Assembly (NCBI GenBank): GCA_039931635.1
Contig: JBDTRO010000174.1
Coordinates: 1-42,132, forward strand
From: Betaproteobacteria bacterium
GTDB taxonomy: Bacteria > Pseudomonadota > Gammaproteobacteria > Burkholderiales > SG8-39
Direction: 5' to 3'
Length of the DNA: 42,132 bases
A program made the translations under genes and the position numbers. The first letter of the stretch is position 1; every line of letters begins with the position of its first letter. Below are positions 37,381 to 42,132 of this stretch, one piece after another. The notes below the pieces were generated by a model that made no database searches, was not told the origin of the DNA, and saw nothing but the letters and a program-made list of their open reading frames with translations.

Positions 37381-38586
37381 ATGCCTCTGTATACCTACAA
37401 GGCAATCGACGCCGACGGCAAGACGGTGATCGGCCGCGTCGACGCAGGCAACGTGTTCGACCTGGAACAGCGCCTCTCGCGGATGGGGCTGGATCTCATC
37501 TCCGGGGCCCCGACCGCGCAGAAAAGCCGCCTCATCGGCGGCAGCAGCGTCAAGCGCCAGGACCTGATCAATTTCTGCTTCCACCTGGAACAGCTGGCGA
37601 GCGCCGGCGTGCCGATCGTCGAAGGCCTGATTGATCTGCGCGAAAGCGTCGAGAATCTGCGTTTCAGGGAGGTGGTCGGCGGCCTGGTGGAAACCATCGA
37701 GGGCGGCAAGAGCCTGTCGCAGGCGCTTGCCGACTACCCGGAAGTGTTCAGCAAGGTGATGGTCAGCCTGGTGCGTTCGGGCGAGCAGACGGGAAAACTC
37801 TCGGAGGTTCTGAAGAGTCTGGCCGAAACCCTGAAATGGGAGGACGAGCTCGCGGCACAGACCAAGAAGCTCCTCGTGTACCCATTGTTCGTCGGCGGCA
37901 TCGTGACCCTGGTCACGTTCTTCCTGATGATCTATCTGGTCCCGCAGATGGTCGGGTTCATCAGGAACATGGGCCAGGACGTGCCGCTGCAGACGCGGAT
38001 CCTGATTCACGTTTCCAATTTCTTCGTCGGCTACTGGTGGGCCGTCGCCGCGATGCCCTTCGTCATCTGGTACGGCCTCAAGATAGCCGCCAAGACGAAC
38101 CCGGCGGTCGCCTACACCCTGGACGACCTGAAACTGCGGGTGCCGTTCATCGGCCCGATCCTGCGCAAGATCATCCTGTCGCGCTTCGCGTCGAGCTTCG
38201 CGATGATGTACAGCTCCGGGATCACGGTACTGGACGCGATCCGGTCCTCTGAAGAAATCGTCGGCAACCGCCCCCTGGAGAACGCGTTGCGCACCGCCGG
38301 CCAGCAGATCGCCGAGGGCAAGGGCCTTACCGCGGCATTCACCGACGTGGGGCTGTTTCCGGCGCTGGTGATCCGGATGCTGAAAATCGGGGAAAATACG
38401 GGCGCACTCGACAGGGCACTGCTCAATGTCAGCTACTTCTACAACCGCGAGGTGAAGGAAGGCATCGACCGCGTGCAGGCGATGATCGAGCCGGCGATGA
38501 CGATGGTGCTCGGCGCCATTCTCGGCTGGGTGATGCTCTCGGTGCTCGGCCCGGTCTACGATACGATCTCCAAGATGAAGTTCTAG
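37381..38586 (+). CDS. GspF/PilC/MshG-family inner-membrane platform protein
   Basis: MPLYTYKAID, AGVP, GEQTGKL, YP-TM, GENTGALD, IEP-TM. Confidence 0.93.
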   Translation: MPLYTYKAIDADGKTVIGRVDAGNVFDLEQRLSRMGLDLISGAPTAQKSRLIGGSSVKRQDLINFCFHLEQLASAGVPIVEGLIDLRESVENLRFREVVGGLVETIEGGKSLSQALADYPEVFSKVMVSLVRSGEQTGKLSEVLKSLAETLKWEDELAAQTKKLLVYPLFVGGIVTLVTFFLMIYLVPQMVGFIRNMGQDVPLQTRILIHVSNFFVGYWWAVAAMPFVIWYGLKIAAKTNPAVAYTLDDLKLRVPFIGPILRKIILSRFASSFAMMYSSGITVLDAIRSSEEIVGNRPLENALRTAGQQIAEGKGLTAAFTDVGLFPALVIRMLKIGENTGALDRALLNVSYFYNREVKEGIDRVQAMIEPAMTMVLGAILGWVMLSVLGPVYDTISKMKF

Positions 38587-38590
38587 CGCC

Positions 38591-40144
38591 ATGTCCGCCA
38601 AGCTCGTCCTTTATTTCACCGCCACCGAGCACACGCTCTACCGCTGGGTGGGCGGCGCGCTTGAGGCAGTGGCGACGTTCGGCGCCGACGACGAAGGACT
38701 GCAAGCGTTCCGCGTCCATCTGCAGGGGCGCCGCGGGGCGCTCGTTTACGTCCTTGCCGACCTGGCGGGCGAAGATTTCCACGAGGATCAGATTCCCAAC
38801 CTGCGGGGCGGCGACCGGCTGGCGGTCGTGCAGCGCCGGCTCGCAGGCCGCTACCGCGACTCGCGGCTCGCTGCGGCGCTGTCGCTCGGTTATTCGACCG
38901 GCGAGAAGCGCTCCGAGCGCCTGCTGCTCGCCTCGTTTACCAATACGGAACAGTTCACGCCCTGGGTCGATGCGCTGGTGGCCTCGGGCGCGCGGCTCTC
39001 CGGCGTCTATTCCGTTCCGTTGCTCGCGCCGGCGCTCGCTGCGCGGTTGGGCGCCCGCAACGGCCGCATTTTCGTCGTAACGACAAACAGCACCGGCCTG
39101 CGGCAGTGCTTCGTCGACAACGGTTTGCTGCGCTTCGCACGCCTCGAGCGCACCACGGACGTTGAACCGCAAGCGCTCGCGGCGTTCGTGCGCGCAGAAA
39201 CGATGCGGCTAGTGCAGTACCTCTCGACACTCAGGGCCCTGCCGCGCGAAGGCCCGCCGATCCAGGTTCTGGTGGTCGCACCGGCCGCGTTGCGCGCGGC
39301 ACTTGAGCAAGTGCTGGTGTCCGATGCACGCATTACATTCAGGACCATCGCCATCGAAGAGGCGGCGCGCAAGGTCGGCATCAAGCGTCCAGCCGCCGAC
39401 CTGCCCGGCGAGCAGCTCTTCCTGCAGCTTGCGGTCAAGAGCCCGCCCAAGGACCAGTTCGCCCGCCTCGAAGACAGGCGCAGCTTCTTCCTCTGGCGGT
39501 TGCAGCGCGCGATCGTCGCCACAGGCGCCGCCGGATTGCTTGCCTGCACATTGTTCGCCGGGGCACAGTGGATCGACCTGCTCGGCGTCAAGGACCAGGT
39601 TTCAATCCAGCAGCGCGAGGCGCGCGAGGCGACGCAACAATACCAGCGGATCACGGCGTCATTCCCGGTAACGCAAACCACGACCGACAACCTGAAGGCG
39701 ACCGTGGTCGAGTTCACCAAGATCGCGGCGCAATCGTCCTCGCCGGAACCCGCGCTGGTTTACCTGTCGCAGGTGGTGGAGAAATTCCCGCAGATGGAAA
39801 TCGAATCGGTGGTGTGGCGGGTGGGCAAACCCGCCGGCGCGGCAGATAAGGCACTGGCCAAACCGGCAGCGGTGCCCGCGGCCCCCGGGCAAGCGGGCGA
39901 AAACCTGCAAATACTTGAAGTTTCCGGACGGGTAAACGCAACCAGGAGATCCGACTATCGCGCGATAACCGGCCAGGTGCAGCGCTTCGCCGAAGCGCTG
40001 CGCACCGACCCGGCCTGGCGCATCCTGCGCACGCAGCTGCCGTTCGATGTCACATCCGAAGGCACCCTGTCCGGCGACATCGGCGCGGCGGAAGGCACCG
40101 AGGCGCCGCGGTTTTCTGTCACGGTGGGGCGCGAGATCAAATGA
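38591..40144 (+). CDS. PilM-PilN fusion / GspL-like assembly protein
   Basis: Large soluble N-terminal domain, single TM (AIVATGAAGLLACTLFAG), coiled coil, then a PilN-like C-terminal domain; sits right after gspF. Family inferred from architecture and context. Confidence 0.6.
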   Translation: MSAKLVLYFTATEHTLYRWVGGALEAVATFGADDEGLQAFRVHLQGRRGALVYVLADLAGEDFHEDQIPNLRGGDRLAVVQRRLAGRYRDSRLAAALSLGYSTGEKRSERLLLASFTNTEQFTPWVDALVASGARLSGVYSVPLLAPALAARLGARNGRIFVVTTNSTGLRQCFVDNGLLRFARLERTTDVEPQALAAFVRAETMRLVQYLSTLRALPREGPPIQVLVVAPAALRAALEQVLVSDARITFRTIAIEEAARKVGIKRPAADLPGEQLFLQLAVKSPPKDQFARLEDRRSFFLWRLQRAIVATGAAGLLACTLFAGAQWIDLLGVKDQVSIQQREAREATQQYQRITASFPVTQTTTDNLKATVVEFTKIAAQSSSPEPALVYLSQVVEKFPQMEIESVVWRVGKPAGAADKALAKPAAVPAAPGQAGENLQILEVSGRVNATRRSDYRAITGQVQRFAEALRTDPAWRILRTQLPFDVTSEGTLSGDIGAAEGTEAPRFSVTVGREIK

Positions 40145-40749
40145 GCTTCTCCATCGCGGAACTGAAAAAGATCGCGTTGCCGCTGCTGCTGCTGGTCGTG
40201 CTGCTGGGCGCCGGCGCCGGGCTGATCCTTTGGACGCAGGGCGAGCAGCAGGCCGAGGCGCGGCTGCTCGCGGCAGCGCGCGCCGAGCGCAGCCAGGCGC
40301 GCGAACGCCTGACGCGCATCGCGGACGAGGAAAAGGAAGTCAACGACAAGCTCGAGGTGTATCGCAAGCTGAAGAGCCTGCATATTCTCGGCGAAGAACA
40401 GCGCCTCGAGTGGGCCGACGCGATGACCCGCATCCGCACCACGCGAGAACTCCTCGATCTTCGCTACCTGGTGGACCGCCAGCGCCTGCTCGTCGCGGTC
40501 GCGGGCAAGCCGGGGGGCGTGGAGGTCTACGCGAGCGCCATGAAAGTGGATATTGCGCTGCTGCACGAAGGCGATCTGCTCGCATTCCTGCGTGAACTGC
40601 GCGCATCGGGCAATGCCTACTATTCGATCAAACGCTGCGCGATCAACCGGGTGGGTAGCGCGGCGACCGGCACCTCGATCGTGCCGCGCCTGCGCGCGGA
40701 CTGCGAGATCGACCTCATTACCATCATCGACCGGGCGGCCAAGACATGA
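40141..40749 (+). CDS. PilO/GspM/MshJ-like bitopic protein
   Basis: N-terminal TM, coiled coil, LLHEGDLLAFL, Cys pair; ATGA-coupled to both neighbours. Confidence 0.6.
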   Translation: MSFSIAELKKIALPLLLLVVLLGAGAGLILWTQGEQQAEARLLAAARAERSQARERLTRIADEEKEVNDKLEVYRKLKSLHILGEEQRLEWADAMTRIRTTRELLDLRYLVDRQRLLVAVAGKPGGVEVYASAMKVDIALLHEGDLLAFLRELRASGNAYYSIKRCAINRVGSAATGTSIVPRLRADCEIDLITIIDRAAKT

Positions 40750-41213
40750 AGCGGATCTTCGTGATGGCAGCAAGCGGCGCGCTGGTCGCTGCGGGCATTT
40801 CGCTGGCCGGCGTGGCGAACGCGCAGGCGTTGGGACGCCTGTTCTTCACCCCGGAGCAGCGCGCGGCGCTCGATGCGCGCCGCAAAGCACGCGTGCCGGA
40901 CAAGCCGGCCGCGACCCCCGTTGCCGAATCGCCGGTTACCCGCGTCAACGGCGCGGTGCGGCGCGGCGATGGAAAGTCGACCGTCTGGGTCAATGGCGAA
41001 ATGATCCCGGAAGACACGCGGGGCGACGGCGCGCGGGTGACGCGGCGCGGTCCGAATCCGGGCCGCGTCTCCATACCAGCCGGCGAAGGCCCGCAGCGGT
41101 ACGACCTGCGCGTCGGGGAATCGCTCGATCGCGGCAGCGGTGAAGTGCGCGACGTGGTCGGCGAGGGCGAGATTCGGATCGGGCCTCGCCGCACCGTGCC
41201 GGGGAAAAAATGA
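40746..41213 (+). CDS. Small exported protein, MshK/PilP/GspC-HR-like
   Basis: Signal peptide (ANA-QA), LGRLFFTPEQRAALD, beta-rich VNG..VWVNG..LRVGES; occupies the slot of MshK/PilP. Confidence 0.55.
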   Translation: MKRIFVMAASGALVAAGISLAGVANAQALGRLFFTPEQRAALDARRKARVPDKPAATPVAESPVTRVNGAVRRGDGKSTVWVNGEMIPEDTRGDGARVTRRGPNPGRVSIPAGEGPQRYDLRVGESLDRGSGEVRDVVGEGEIRIGPRRTVPGKK

Positions 41214-42132
41214 AGCGGCTGGGTTCACGACGCCAGCAAGGCATCGCCATGATCGCGCTCGTGGCGATCCTGGCGCTCGTCGGATCGACGCTGCTCGTCA
41301 AGCAGCTGAACTCGGCGAGCGCCGGATTTTCCGCGGTCAGGAAAAGTCGCAACGCCGAAATTTTGCTGCGGGCCAAGCAGGCGCTGATCGGCTACGTGGC
41401 CGCGCAGGCGGTGAAGACAGGGGAAAACAATCCGGGCGCCATGCCCTGCCCGGAGAATCCCGGTGACTTCGACAGCACCACCGGAAACGACGGCAAGGTG
41501 GGAACCAGCTGCGGGGTCACGACCGTGGGGCGCTTCCCCTGGCGCACGCTGGGCGTGGACCAACTCGTCGATGCATCCGGCGAACCCCTGTGGTACGTGG
41601 TGTCCCCAGGCTGGGGGGTCGCTTCCGGCTCGAACACCTCGATCAACTCCAACTCCGTCGGACGGCTTACGGTTGACGGCACGGCAACAACTCCAATTGC
41701 GTCGCCCGGCAAAGTCAACTACACCGGCCACGGATTTGCAGTCGGTGACACGGTTTCATTCGCGACCGGCGGAGCGCTGCCGACCGGCATCACGGCAGGC
41801 GCAATGTATTACGTCATATCAGCGGGATTGACGTCTGATTTGTTCGAGATCTCCGCCACGTCGGGCGGAGCGGCAATCGACTTCACAGGCACGACCTCCG
41901 GTCCCCACAATGTTTATCGGAACCAGTCCGGCGTGGCGAAAAGCGTAGTCGCTCTCATCATCGCGCCGGGGCCCGCATTCACGGTGGCCGCGGCTACCGG
42001 CTGCACGGCCCGGACACAGGCGCGCTCGAACACCGGCACCCCCGACTGGCGCAACTACCTCGAGTGCGAGAACGCAACTTCGCCCGCGGACGGCATCTTC
42101 GTGACAACCGGCCCGAGTGGCTCGTTCAACGA
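41210..42132 (+). CDS. Large pilin-like protein (PilX/GspK-type class III signal peptide), truncated by the window end
   Basis: Not in the ORF track because there is no stop in the window. Hand translation MKRLGSRRQQG|IAMIALVAILALVGSTLLV..AKQALIGY..GAMPCPE..GRFPWRTLG..DASGEPLWYVVS..VALIIAPG..NYLECEN. No Glu at +5; ATGA overlap with the upstream gene. Confidence 0.8.
   Translation, partial: MKRLGSRRQQGIAMIALVAILALVGSTLLVKQLNSASAGFSAVRKSRNAEILLRAKQALIGYVAAQAVKTGENNPGAMPCPENPGDFDSTTGNDGKVGTSCGVTTVGRFPWRTLGVDQLVDASGEPLWYVVSPGWGVASGSNTSINSNSVGRLTVDGTATTPIASPGKVNYTGHGFAVGDTVSFATGGALPTGITAGAMYYVISAGLTSDLFEISATSGGAAIDFTGTTSGPHNVYRNQSGVAKSVVALIIAPGPAFTVAAATGCTARTQARSNTGTPDWRNYLECENATSPADGIFVTTGPSGSFN

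Overview
High-GC bacterial chromosome; gene order and protein motifs point to a Betaproteobacterium. The minus strand carries a conserved backbone: mlaFED-mlaA-mlaC-mlaB, a yadGH-like ABC pair, bolA, murA, hisGDCBHAFIE, HIT, tatABC, then petABC and sspA, with a DegS/DegQ-like protease on the plus strand. Two accessory blocks stand out. (1) At 4.2-13.1 kb, a module sits between degS/Q and tatC: a PAS sigma-54 activator with three candidate binding boxes, an IHF-like site and a near-consensus -24/-12 promoter, a Liv-type ABC importer with a paired REP element, an alpha/beta hydrolase, an M20 peptidase and an uncalled 59-aa basic ORF. (2) From 28.6 kb past the window end runs a hybrid MSH/T2SS-like type IV filament locus: PilH-like ABC ATPase, PrsR-like sigma-54 response regulator, ExeA-like ATPase, MshL-type secretin, ExeB-like/TPR protein, assembly ATPase with a degenerate MshEN domain, GspF, GspL-like fusion, PilO-like and MshK-like proteins, and a large pilin-like protein that appears to carry an inserted phage-tail-like domain. 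The murA core also looks foreign to the lineage. I saw no rRNA, tRNA, CRISPR array or transposase. All family assignments come from motif recognition by eye; no database searches were run.
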